From contig OX597816.1 of NCBI GenBank assembly GCA_951406725.2, positions 174,654,001-174,718,000 of the forward strand: a stretch of 64,000 nt of DNA. The letters run 5' to 3'. The first letter of the stretch is position 1; each line of letters starts with the position of its first letter. The position numbers were made by a program, and so were the translations under genes. A model generated the notes under the pieces. It was not told the DNA's origin. It saw only the letters and a list, made by a program, of their open reading frames with translations, and ran no database searches. The stretch is from Octopus vulgaris. Taxonomy: Eukaryota. Of the stretch, positions 12,546 to 26,600 are shown one piece after another.

Positions 12546-15500
12546 AGAAAACCAATTATATTTATTTAATATAATAAGAATTATTAGTTTTGCTATAATC
12601 ATTATTATATAACAGAAATTATTATTGTGATGATTTGGCAAAGCTACAGTATTTAGTCCTACCTCCTCTATGTTACAATCAGTTACAATCCTTCTACAGT
12701 CCACTATAATTAATATAATATGTACTTGTTATCATTAGGATCAGAACTTGGTTTCCGAAGGCGAAACAGTTACTCAGTACACAGGTCAAGAGTTTCTATA
12801 GCTGTAAGTTCTGGTAGATATTTACAACATGGGATTCAAAGATATAAAGTCATACCCACAAGCACAACAAAATGTCAGCAATAGATCTGAACAAAAATTG
12901 GTAGTCTAATCCTTCGTACCTCTACATCTTATGCCTAACATACAAAAAATACTTTCAACAAATTACAAAATGTTGAATAACAACAGATGTTCTAAACCTT
13001 ATGCTACTTTCTTTACAAAAAATCTGTTTACAGAATATGAGAGAGCAGTCAGCATGACTCACAGTTTCCAATTAAAACTCTGTAGTATCAAGTTACAATA
13101 GTGCTATATACACATACTAAGATCACCCCAGATACCAACTAGCAAGCTGTATCATCAAGATCGGCAGTCTTTGGGTTCATTTCGTACTTTCAAGATAGCA
13201 CCAAATATAAAATCTGTCACTTAAAATCTGATACAAGCATCAAAAACAAAAAATCCTATTTTATCCCTATCAGAATTGTGAACCAGTAGTGTTTGTGATG
13301 CTGAGTTCTGTATCCAAAATGTTCACCATGTTTCCAGTCTACCAAACTGAATAATAATTTACTTAACAGTAGAGAGATCAGAAGAATGACAAGTATACAG
13401 ACCCAACAATTCATATGTAATTTCTTGGATCCACACAGTTGTAGCTTAGCAAAATAAGAGGAATATGATGAAATTTTTATTACAGAGGGAAGAAAACTAT
13501 ATGTGAAGGAAAAAAAAGTGAGGCAAGCACACAGTAAGGTTTGTATCAATCAGCTTTGTAAAATAATTGAATGTTAGTAAAGACATAACTTATCACAAAA
13601 TTTGTTCCTGTTTCCCTGTGTCAAAAAAAACCCCAAAAAAACCCAAAAAAACATATCTACACAATTTTCACTAACCAAAGACTAAAAACATGCAAAACTA
13701 GGTAAATTTTTTTGGCCTACATTCCTGCTTCTCTCACACAGGATGTCAAAAAAAGGTGGTCACAGACAGAATTGAAAATATTTAATATGTGGCCATATTA
13801 TACTTTGACACAATAAACGTGAAACTAGCTCTTAGCTAATATTCATTACAGATATGTAAGTATGTAATAAAATCACACCTACATCCTAAGAGATAGTTCA
13901 TTTACATTTCTTCAGTAAATAACTTGGAATTGGATTGTTTGACTTTGTATACATAATGAAATAAATGGTTCAAAAGAATTTTTCACTTAATCATTAAATG
14001 AAAAGAAAAGACAAATTCTACTCATTAAACTGATACTCACTGAACATAAAGCAAAGAAAATAAGTGAAATATCAAGGAGTAAATAGGCTAAGGTGTGAAA
14101 TGTTGAATATGCAAAAAAAATTCTCAATATCTTGAGCTCTGAGAAAGAAAATAAAGAAAATAAAAACCTGACACTAAGAGAAAAAGCAATCATTTTCCAA
14201 AAGATTAAGAATTAATCACACAAAATTAATATCTTTGCTTAGGGGAGAATCTGATATTTATTTTCAAACAATGAACAACAATGGACATATTTTGGTCTTA
14301 CTGGACTTCATCAGCATTGATCTACTCAAGCCAGCTTTAATGAGATGACATAGAATAAAATACAAATAATTTTGGGCTAGTATGATTTTTTTTTAAATAG
14401 TTCATTGTACTTTTTATCAAAGTGAAGACTAGACTACTTCCAATAAGAGAAAGAAGGAAAGAAGAGATAAAGATTATTTCTACATTGCTCCATAATTTCT
14501 TGCTTAAGATAGTGATCCACAACATTGTGTGACCTAATACAACAGAATATCAAATGGAGCTCTACACACACACTGTTTTTCAGAATCAAGTTCCTGAGGA
14601 ATATTAACCCTACAATTACTTTCGAAAATAATAAAGAATATAGTAAAATAACTCTGCTGTTATTAAGTTGATATTTGGAGCATAAATTAACATGAAATTT
14701 TAATAGGAAGTTGAAATTTAGTTCACTTTGAAATGAGGTTTGTACTGTACAACAGAGGGAGGTACCGAGCAGTTAGATATCAAAGGATTAAATAATTTCT
14801 CTTCCCAAACTACATTCATCCATATTCCTCAATACTACAAAGAAAAACATCAATCAGTATGACTCACCTGAATAGTTTTTAAACAGCAACGAGAAAACAG
14901 TGAAAGAAAAACAAAACCATAAAGGCATCTCACAAAACAAAGAAAAAATTTAGTCACTAGAATAAATTACAGACCATTCAAAACATTCATTTCACACCAT
15001 AAATTCCCATACACAAAACTATTTCTCTCTCTGTTACTTTTCAGCTAAGTCATTAATGAAAGAAAGCTCTAAAAGTTGTTGAAAATCTCTTAAGCTATGC
15101 TAAGGTAAGACGTTGTCAACTTTGATGATCACAACTTTTAATGCCCAAAGGTTTCGAGTCAAAATACTGTGTAAAATACATACAAATGGGAATTATCCAT
15201 ATTAGTTTGGACTTTAAAATAAATGTAGAAGTTTTCATTACAAAAGCAAAGATTAGTTGGAAAGATATCACAATATCTAGATATATTTAGCTGAAATAAT
15301 TTCTTTGTGTAATACCATCTTTCCTCTGTAAAATATATACAATATGCATTTATATGATTACAGTGTGAATGTCTATGTGTAGCATCAATCTCAGCAATAG
15401 TTTTCATCTCTCCTGTAGTCAATGCTATCAAATTCAAACATTACTGTACTGATCAATTTATTAAGTTCTTTGTCTTGTGAATCTCTGCAGTTGCCAACTC

Positions 15501-16722
15501 TAAAATATTCAGGAATACAAAAATACAAGATATTTTTGAAGTGGCACAACACATAACACCTACTCAAAATGTAGAATGAAATAGAGCCTGATTAAATCAT
15601 AGCAAACTAGTCGTATTTTTTTTTAAGAATTACACTCTTACAGTCTACTGATAAACATATTCAGGTTTTTAAGGAAAAGAAAACATCCAGTAAATGAGTT
15701 AACAGGTATATATCTTAATTATATATGAGCAAGTGAAAATGTAGTGAATTGCTGAAAGAGTAGATAGTCAAAAACACTACTTTCACATATTAGAAAACAT
15801 TCTCGACAATTGACATTTGCCAGATCTGTTTAAGAATTGCATGCACTTAGAACAGCAATTCTAGATTAATTGCCAGGTTTTCACCACAAACATGTGCTGG
15901 GCACAATAAATGCTTTGATAACAAGAACATGTGCACTAACTATATGTGTATAATGTGTGTGGGCAAAGAGAAAAGAAAAAGAGAGGGATGGAAGAAGAGA
16001 AAGAGCTATGGGAAGGGTAAAACAATAATATATAAAATTTGATAGAACAAAACGGTATTGAAAAACAAACTTAACAAGAGACATGAAAATAAGATGGAAA
16101 GATAAAGATTGAGAAAAGGAACAGAAAATTAAACAAAGTGGCTGGATGAAAGGGAGAAAAATGAGAATAATGATGGTTTTAAGTAATATGTGTTGAAATA
16201 CAAAGTTTAGAAATTAAATCCATTTAAGCACTAACTAACTATTGAAAAGCTGTAACATCTGCCTCACCAGTTATAGAATACGCAGAGCAATGTTACAGAC
16301 ATGTATATATGTAGCATCAATCTCAGCAATAGCTTAATAAGTTTTTATCAAAACTATAAAGTAAGCTTTACACTGAGTTATGGAGTGGCTATAAATAAAT
16401 TTAAGTAAAATACTGAGAAAGGGAGAAAACAAAGACAATAGGTATGACATTAAGACAAGATAATAAGAACAATACAAAAGAAAAGTTACAGCAGACACTA
16501 AGATAAAGGGAGGAGGCTTAATAGTAAAAGAGAACCTGTAAAAAGTTGAGAAAGAGAATCAAGGGTTGAGAGACAGAACTGAGCTGAGAGATACAGAGAC
16601 AAGAATAGTGATACAAAAGTTACAAGAAACACAGAGAGAGAGAGAGAGAGTCAAGAGTTAGAAGACACACAAAGAGAGGCATTACAAGAGAGAGAGAGAG
16701 AGAAAAAGATGAGATATATCAG

Positions 16723-16754
<32 letters not shown>

Positions 16755-17914
16755 GAGTTATAATTGGCACAGAGATGAGAGCAAGAAACAAGGACAAGTG
16801 CCACAAGACACAGATACACATGTTACATGGACACAGAAGAGATGAAAATTTTGATAGAGAGATGAGTATTACAAAAGGGATGAGAAACAAGGGTTGTTAG
16901 TTACATAGATAGATAGTGTGAGAGAGATAGTGTGTATGAGAGAGAGAGATTAGAAGTGTAGAAAGCAAGAGTTATGGTCATATATGAGAATATAAGAATT
17001 ACAAGACAGACAGACAGACATGCCCCCACGAAAGAGAGAAATGAGTAGTGAATTCCATGAAATATAAAAAAAAAACATTGTTTCTGGCCAACATTTATGT
17101 TCAGGTCTTCCTATGATATATGGCATAAGATTTATGGGGATGATGTGTAAAACAGGCTACAACAGTGTCTTTTCTGAGGTTATTGGCAATGTATGTGAAA
17201 TGGTACTGATGAGGGACTATAATCAGCCCACAAGTTTGAATCACTGAGATTTTTCACTGTTACACAACACTCCCACACCACTCAGACAATACAAATTTTG
17301 ATATTCAATGAATGTAACAAAAAAGTAGTATAAATTAGGATAGTGGATAGAGAAAGGTGATGAAAAGGCAAGGAAAAATAGGGGTGTGTTAACTGATGAA
17401 ACAAAAGAAATAATCATATATTGATTATTATTTCCATCCTTACAATGTATTAAGTATCTTTAGCTAGGAAAAAAGTTACACTGAAAAGGAAACGCGATCC
17501 AATTGTAGCTAACAATTTTACATCCCAACTAAAATCAATATCATAAGATCAATAAGCATTAAAACTAAATAAATAGCAGAATCTTTATTGACACAAAAGC
17601 CATTTTTCACCTACTGCTCAGGAGCTGTCAGCAAAATTGTTCATCTGACTTGTATAATATCAGTTTTTTTTTCTCTACTGCAAAAACATGATGATATTAG
17701 AAACTTTACTGCTACTATTATCTTTTCCGATCAAATGCCACCTAAATCAAGTTTTACATAATGGTGGAAATGCAACACATTAAAAATGCATTTTTCCTTT
17801 TGTCCCTCTTCTTGAGAATATTAAAAAAAAAAAAAAAAACATTTTCTAAGTTGCCTATTGCCTTTAATCAACATAAATAACAACAAACATAAAAATCATA
17901 CACTATTATTCTGA

Positions 17915-18332
17915 ACATATTCTGAGAGCTTGCTAGGGGTACTAGGTCTGTGGGTAGACCGCTCTTACGGTACAAGGATGTTTGCAAAAGGGACATGAAG
18001 GCCTGCAACATCAGTATTAGCGGTTGGGAGGCAGTTGCCGGCAACCGTGGAGACTGGCGACGTACCGTAAGAGAGGGAATACAAAGGGGTGACAGAGAGA
18101 GTGAGGAGAAATGGAAAGACAAGAAAAGACGTCAACAAGAAACTATGGCATTACAACCAGTCAGGAACAGTCTTCGCTACATTTGCGGTACCTGCCAGAG
18201 GGAGTGTTTGTCCAGGATAGGACTACACAGCCACAGCAGGAAATGTATCAGGACATGAAATGTAAAAGCCGGACTAGACTACTTTATGTGCAACTCCATT
18301 GTCTCCCGAGACAAAAAGGATGCCAACCAACA
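17915..18332 (+). mobile_element. RTE LINE 3' fragment with C-terminal C2H2-like finger
   Basis: ORF 17950-18258: GRPLLRYKDVCKRDMK...RGDWR...CGTCQRECLSRIGLHSH, followed by a short tail with hairpin tgtctcccgagaca. Confidence 0.85.
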
Positions 18333-20589
18333 TTCTGTGACAACCATGACACAGAGAGACAGATCTTCAACTTATAAATCCTCAACAATTAACTGAACAT
18401 ATCAGTCTATAAGTTGGCAAATGCACAGATAATTGAAAGCCTAGCTAGATGATTAATTAACTGTCATTGTTGGAAAAGTCTAGCAGATCAAGGTTGACCT
18501 ATGGCTAAAGAACATACACCACAATTCTTCCTTTAAATTTCATACCTATCTGGAGAAAGCAAAAAGAAATTATTCCAGTGTACTGTCCAGATACTAAGTC
18601 ACATTATTCAGTTATACTACTGCTGGTGGTAGATGAAAACTTATCTTGATACAGCTGAATAAGATGTGTCTATCTTGCAATCATCAACTACAAATCATGT
18701 ACTAATGTACTGAAATCGCAATTTCTGTGAAAATTTCTGTTCAATGAAACAATGAGGATAATGGAAAGTTACCGCAAATACTAAACTTTGATCCCTGATC
18801 TTTCTTACGCTACACATATAAATTACAATTATATATGAACCAGAAAATTTACTTCCAGATTGTATCCCAAAGATTAGCCTTCTTTTCAAGGCCAGAAAGT
18901 GCTTGTCCTGATCAATTATATTCTACAAAACTCAGTTTAGTCCTAGATCTGAGACAATGCTACTGTTATAAACAAAAGGGCCCAAAAGAAATCTATCTGG
19001 ATCACAGGCATAGATACACTCAACAACACCCTACAACCTCTCTTCTACAGATATGCTATTACCTCACTGCTTGTCCTCCTCCCACAATGGACTTATTCTT
19101 TTAAACTATCTAGTTACTAGAACATTCACCCAAGCCTATCCAAATGAACACCTGCCTCTTCCCATCACCCTTATTATGTCTCACGGCCCAGGCATAACAC
19201 TTAACCACTTTGCCCAGTCATTCTTATTCTGAACATTGATCTTCTGGATTACTCTTGCCATCCACATTGTCCGTAGAGATAATTCATTTACAGATGCTCA
19301 AGCTAAATATAAGCACATCAATATTACTAGCCTTTGAGGGCCAGCAAATGCCATGACTAAGCAAGAAACATTTAAGGCTCAGATAATTGCTCCAATTGCA
19401 CCCTAGCAACTACATTCTTCATGAAAGAACTGCCACCAATATAAAATATTCTCTCAAGAGACTTTCTTATTTTTCTTTCTTAAGCAATTATTATTTAACT
19501 AGTTTATCCTTTAAAATACTTAAAATCTGAAAAGCTCACATGCAACGAAAATAAAATACTTTTAAAACATTTTTAGGATTTGTTTGTCCTATAATGATTC
19601 CGAAAGTTCAAATATTTGTTAAAGCCGGATGCAATATTTTTGTCGATAAACATGTTCTTCAATTGTGAAGTGCAAGTGGCACACATTATTCACCAAGGTA
19701 GAATGAAGCAAGAACAATAATTATTGTTCAAATTTATAATGTTGTATAATATTCCTGGCTCTCTCAATGGTATTTTTGATATAAACAAAAAAGACTACAA
19801 CCAAGAACTTGAAAGCTTTCTGTTGTAAGTGGCCTCAGTTTTATATCAAGAAACAACTTTTTTAATTCTATTTAATATTTAAGAAAATTTTTTATAAGGC
19901 TAAACATACAAAATAACCCCATTATATAACTGGCACTCTAGCCCAACAGAATTTGAAAGTAAATGAACAAATCAAAATAGTTAAGTTATTTAGTCTACTA
20001 TATCTACCAACTCCTCACATGTGCCTAGATAATGGCCACAAACTTGATGGGAAAAAAATATAACTGAGTAAACGGACTTGAATATGATTTACACTCAGAA
20101 TGTATAAAAATGAAATAAGATATTGTAGGCATTTAGCCCAGCAGTTGACCATTTCTGTTCACACTTTTTATGAGCTTTTCAACAGATACAATAACTCAAA
20201 ACTTGCATGGATTATTTTTCGCAAGAACATTTCTGATATAATTGAAGAAATGGTTTAACTATAAATTGAAACTGGGTTTCAGACTTGGCTCTGGTGAAGG
20301 CAACTTCAACTACAAAGTTCCATAGCAATTACACTATAATTATAGAGAATACCACATCTATAAAGTTTACGATGCCATGATTAGTGCTAATTTAAGCATC
20401 ACGAGAAAGAGCAAGGATATTGGGTTGGATTTGAACTACTTACTATACAAATAACTATATACATGCAGCCAAACTGCTGTTGTATTAGAATTAAGACAAA
20501 AGACATTTAGTACAGTTTTTAATAACTAACTTTCATGATAGTTTTGTCAAAAGAGTGATTTTATTAGAATGAGAAAAAACAAAAAATAC

Positions 20590-20772
20590 CTTCTGCTGAA
20601 CAATCTTGTTATAAATGGACACTGCAGATGAACCTGGAATGCAGAAAGACACTGCAACTTTCTTGGTCTCAACTTCTGTATCTCTCATGCATTTCCATGT
20701 AGCCTCGGCAGCTTCTGCAGTTGCATATTCAACGATAGCACACTCTTGAGATTCATTCTCTTTCATAACAAT
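20590..20772 (-). CDS. RAVER1: Raver-like coding exon 5 (183 nt; end of RRM3)
   Basis: ttttccag|ATT gives IVMKENESQECAIVEYATAEAAEATW...VAVSFCIPGSSAVSIYNKIVQQK (cf. FAVLEYETAEMAEEA...LRVSFCAPG). Donor AAG|gtattt, phase 0/0. Confidence 0.92.
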
Positions 20773-21027
20773 CTGGAAAATAAATTCTATGTTAAAGCTT
20801 TGTATATATATATGAAACACAGACAGTAATAGATAAACACTGACAGATTGGAGACAAAGAATCTAAGATTATCCATTGAATTAGAGCTATCAATAGAGTA
20901 AAACATAAGTGGGGAAATCAGTTATATAAGAATTAGTTGAAGCACAGATGAGAAAAGACAGATTACTTGCATACTTGATGAAAAGACATGGGGTGAGGTA
21001 GTTGGAACTGATATGAAACAAAATCAC

Positions 21028-21213
<186 letters not shown>

Positions 21214-21229
21214 ATTAACAAAAGAAACC

Positions 21230-21700
21230 GTGTTAATCTGGACACTTAAAGAGAGCAGGCAGAATGGTTTTATTGCTCTACATACAAGTCAGACAAGCCT
21301 GTCTGACAGCACTTGCATACCTGTAGAGTTTTTCTCAAACTAATAGTTCTTGGTAGCACTGCCAGGCTAAGGACTTCAGGAAATTATCCCTGGTGGTTCT
21401 TGATTAGTAAGTCCTATGAACAGACTAGCCAGTTTGTTTGTGTCAAAGTCCAGTGCCTCCTTCAGAATGTTATCACTTTTCCCTATCACTAATCCTTTGT
21501 AGATGGGAGGTGGAGGTCACTAACTTTGGTCTTTGAGAAGATTGGTTGGTTCAGCCTCTTTGTTGATGAAGAAAGGTCTTCCTAAGGTTTTTTCCAGGCT
21601 TAAACAAAAAGGTACAATAACTGCAGTACATTTAAGTTTGAGAAATGCTTGTCGAAGCCCTCCCCTCTTGTGACAGTGTTTTGTTTTCTAATACCTCCTG
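21230..21700 (-). mobile_element. Decayed L1/Tx1-like LINE ORF2 C-terminal (zf-RVT) fragment
   Basis: Minus-strand translation FLKSLAWQCYQELLV*EKLYRY...ACLTC...KTILPALFKCP resembles the CxxC...ETxxHxxxxCP motif. Confidence 0.55.
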
Positions 21701-23427
21701 CATTAGATCACTGATGCTCTTTTGAACAACTGTAAAGTGTACATGGTTTTATGTACTGTTGTACTTGATTTTTAGCGCTTTTATTTTTTTCAGCTGTAGT
21801 TTTATTTGCAATACCGTGACTAAGTAATAAACATTTTATTTTCAAACAATTGCTCCAACTGCAACGAAGCAACTACATTCTTCATGATAAAACTGCCACC
21901 AATATAAAATATTCTCCCCCAAAGACTTTCTTATTTTTCTTTCTGAAATTATTTCTGTAATTATTATTTAACTAGTCTAGTTTTTGTTTAATACTTCTTT
22001 TTCAGCTGTGGTTGTATTTGTGAGTATTGTTTTTCATAGTTGTTGGGGTTTTTAGGTGATGGTGTTGGATGGTTCAAAGATTTTCTGTTTTGTCATGGCT
22101 TTGGGGTGGGTTTTTTTAGAATTGATTTTCCTCTATGCCATGACATATTTTTAGCAACAGATTCATATCCACTAAGTCTGTGTCATGAGTAAAGAAGTGG
22201 ATTGGTACATGTCTGTGTCACTGAATTATTCTAAGTTGTTGGACCTATAGTATCCCTCCAGCCAGTAGGAATGATAGTTGTGGAGTAACTGATCCCTGGT
22301 TCACACTGCTCATCTCTGCCACTACTGTTATTAGTGTTGTTGCTGAGGTTGGTTTTCACTGCAGTTGTGATGTTGGTAGTAGTGCAGGCCTTCTTCCATC
22401 TCCCTTATGTTGTAAGCAGAAGACTTTTAAATAAGAGCTACTCCTAGAAGTGTGGCATCTAGGTTTTCTGCTTTCCACTGTGACTGTGAGTTGTACCTTG
22501 TTCAGCAGCTCAATAAGGCTCTTGTCCAGTGTTTCCAGCTTCACCAAAATCAATATCTCCAACCCAAAATGTTGAAGAAAATATTAACATGAAATTTTAA
22601 CTGATTTTTATATCAAATTAAAGCAAAAACCTTCCTTTTCATGACAGTATGATTTCTAACACAGCTTGAAGTTATAGCATTTAAACACATTGAATTAGAA
22701 AGAGGGCTACCATTCAGCAGTCACAAAAAAAGAAGAGAATAAAATCACATCCAGAACTTTCAAATTTTATATAACTTTTCTTGGAAAATATTTATTTTGA
22801 TATGAAAATAATTAAGCAAAAAGTGTGTTTTTGTGTGTTGAAACTATGCTTGTCTCTATTGTATGGTGTTCTGTAGTGATACTTAATAGCAAGTCAGTCA
22901 AACTGGTCCCAGTACTTCACTGGTACCTTGAATGTAAAGAGCCAGAACAAATGTCACAGATCATTTTGTCCAATGCTTTAACAATTCTACCAATTCACTG
23001 CTCTCAAAAATTATAATACTAAATTTTTACATAGGCACAAAACTGAATATTTCGGGGAAGAAAACAGTCAATTACATAAACTCAAGTACTTGACTGGTAC
23101 TTATTTTATCAGCACAAAAGGATAAAGATAAAGTTGGCCTCAGTGGGATTTGAACTCATAATGTAAAGAACTATAATGAATCTTTTGCAGCCCAGAAATT
23201 TAGAAAAGTATTACATGAAACTAAACTTAAAAGGGAAGTAACTGAAAAAACAGGCCGATGCATAAAGTCACAATCATGTCGTACTCATTGAAGAAAAATA
23301 TTATACTGACAACTGCATAATGCACACAAACAACAGAAAATAGCAAAACTAGAAATGTGATTTATGGAATGGTAGTATAACCTATATAAGAAAAAAACCA
23401 CAACCTGTATAAGAAAAATGTATCACA

Positions 23428-23670
23428 GAATGCACCATCCGTCCGTGGCCGTTTGCCAGCCCCGTCTGGCACCTGTGCGGGTGGCACGTAAAAAGCACCC
23501 ACTACACTCACGGAGTGGTTGGCGTTAGGAAGGGCATCCAGCCGTAGAAACACTGCCAGATCAGACTGGGCCTGGTGCAGCCTTCAGGCTTCCCAGACCC
23601 CAGTTGAACCATCCAACCCATGCTAGCATGGAAAGCGGACGTTAAATGATGATGATGATGATGATGATGA
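23428..23670 (+). mobile_element. RTE 3'-tail fragment, young copy
   Basis: gtggcacgtaaaaagcaccc...gttggcgttaggaagggcatccagccg...(GAT)n tail; CpGs retained. Confidence 0.85.
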
Positions 23671-26600
23671 ATATGACAAGATTAAAATGAAAAGAAACAA
23701 ACATTCAAAATCTACTGTTTACAGAAACACAAGAAGTCAGTAAAAGAAATGGTGAAGTATAAATTCCTTCTATTCACCCAAAAAGAGCAAAATTGCAAAT
23801 GATTTCAGAGGTTTTAGGAAAACTGGAAGCAGAATCTGACTTTCCCTTCAAGCACTCAACCGAAAGAATGAAGTAACAATTCATAATCATTACCAACATA
23901 CAACAGTAACACAAGAAAAAAGATAAAATAAGATTCAAACTGCATGTAAAGAGAAGTAAACAAATATAGAAATAAACAGAACCAAAACTCACATAACTGC
24001 CATACAGATGGGACAGACAGTGTAACATAAGAAATATCCACTGGGTAATTTGAACCCGTTAAGAAAGTCACAGAAACAAAAATGTGATGAACATTTCTGA
24101 GAATATAACTAAAAACAAAGAGTGAACAACAAGGTGTGTGTTAATAGCTCTTAATATGATTTTCCAAAGATATAACGATATTTATTCTAGCATAAGAAAT
24201 TGATTATGCGATGTTGTTAGGCAGTAAAGTGAAGATCGCAATCAATGAAATCAGAGACAAAAATGGTTTTGCACTTCTCAATGGAAAATCAACACGTCAA
24301 TCATCTTGGTCCTTTGTCATCATCTCTACAAGGCTCAACACAAGGAGATAAACTTTCACCACTTTGATTCATGTCTTCCTGGCTTTCCTTCTTCCACAAG
24401 CTCCATCAACATTCAGCAACTGGTGCTTCTCTATAAAACTGTTCTCTCCATATACATCACATAACTACCAGCTTGGTCTTCTTAGCGCACAGCATCTGAT
24501 GCCTCCTATGCCCAATTTTTCTTTCAACACATTTGAAATTTGCTGTACATGCACATTAATGTTCATATCAGCTTCATTTCTTTGTAGTTTTCAGATATCC
24601 TATATAATCAGGACCCCTATCAAAGGTTTTCTCTATGTCAAACTGTCCAGCCCATGCCAACATGGAAAACGGACGTTAAATGATGACTCACCAGGTCCTA
24701 TCAAGCTTCCTCTAACTTTCACCTTCCAAACACCTATCTCTCTATTGCCCTTCTAACAATGGCACTATTTAGATGCTGCAATCAAATGACAGCAGAATAT
24801 CCACATATTTCATCCCCCCTTGTGCTACTAGTCACCTCCTTCTCTCCTTGCAAAAATTTCCTTTAACATCTATCCCTTCCCACTTTGTTTTCCACTAATC
24901 AGCTCTTTCTTTGCTTCAAGGTATTTCTTCCTTTTCTCTGATCTACATCTTATGATTGCCGTAATTCATCTTTAACACTCATATCTGCTGCCAATGCATC
25001 TTTCCAAAATCTAAATACCTCTGACATTTATCCATATGCTGGTATATTTCTATCTCTCCCCACTCTCCTATCCAGCACATAATCTCCTGACACATCTCTT
25101 TTACTGCTTCTCTGCCCTTCCTGTGCTGTCATTACCCTCCTCTTTCCTGAGCTCTTTTCTTTGCCATCGACCACTCTCCTACACTTGTACATTATTCACT
25201 ATATTCTCCTTTACTCCCATCTCCAATTACCTGCCACTCTCTTCTCACTTTTGTGAACTTAACCACTCTTCTTACTCATTTTCATTTTGGCCTCTGAACA
25301 GATGTATCTTTCTTCTCCTTTACTCTAACTCTGCCACAGTGTGGCCATATGGCTTAGTAGTTTGCAGTGCACCCTCAAAACCCACACCCACAAACTATAC
25401 CAGAAGTCTTTTTTATGGAAATCTTGTATACTGGAAACTTTTATTAAAAGCTCTCTTCCGCCAGCATCAGCTCACCAGCAGCAACAGTACTACAATACAA
25501 TACGAGGATAAGCTAGCATGTTTGCATTGGAAACAGGACAAATATTCTTGCTAGTGGGTTAATTATTGGCACTATTTTATCCTTATACAAACAATGTTTT
25601 ATACCACACTGTCTAGATCTCTCTTCATCTCATGAACGTGAAAAATGCGAAGTGAATGAATGATGTTAAATCAAACACAGATGAAATCTACATGATATGT
25701 CCGGCAAACAACCATGCAAACCTGTTTTTTCAAATGCAGAATGCTGCCCCACATCCCTGTCTCCTCTTGCCACCCCTTCCTCATCCTTTGAATTGGCTCA
25801 CTCAGAATGGGCACATTGAAATGTAGGTCTGGTGAGATTGTTGAGAAGCTGGATTGACATAGATGTGTGTTGCATTCAAGAGTTAAGATGGAGAGGAGCT
25901 TCTGCTAGGTTCCTCAGACAAAAACAAAGGTATAAAATCTTCTGAGTAGGCAATAGTGATGGGGTTGGTGATGTGGACATACTTCTTGCTTGGTAAGGCA
26001 ATCAAGGTAGTCAGAGCATAGTCTTGCATTGTATGTAGGACCAGCACAAGTGCATTGTACGTGGCATCAGCACAAGTGCATTTTACATGGTACCAGCATC
26101 TGCAAGACAAAGACCTCTTGATTGGAAGAAAGAGTGGGGGAATGACCATAAAGGACATACCTGTATGTATGGATAGCTGCAATTTTACATAGCTTGACCT
26201 GTCTTCTGAAGCACAGTAAATTGTAAGAAGTCCTAGTCCCTTGTCCTCTTTTCAGTGAGGCTCAGTATCTTAAAATCCCTTCTCATCATTACTTTGCCCC
26301 ACATCTTCCTAGGTCTACCCCTTCCACAGATTCCCTCCACAATTAGAGATCAGCACTTCTTTATGCAGAGATAGACAAGAATGAGGTAAGAGAGAAGGAA
26401 GAGGCAGAAAGTGAAGTGGGTAACAGAAAACAAGACGATGAAAAAGAGGAGTATTGAAGTTTGCAGGGAAAAGAGGCAGCAATATTACATTAAAGGGAAT
26501 AAAAAAGGGAAGAGAGCATAATATGAATAATAAGGAAGTGGAGGCTCAGTCATAAAACTGGTGATTATGTGAAGAGTTATGATGGGACTAAGAGAGGAAT

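Noticed and set aside
13049-13158. C/D snoRNA candidate on the minus strand (TTGATGA...CTGA)
   Set aside because: Imperfect C box, no terminal stem and no recognisable rRNA guide.
16250-16395. H/ACA snoRNA reading of the two adjacent hairpins
   Set aside because: No ANANNA H box in the hinge on either strand.
25036-25554. 172-aa plus-strand ORF
   Set aside because: Pyrimidine-rich low-complexity sequence with no recognisable domain or splice support.
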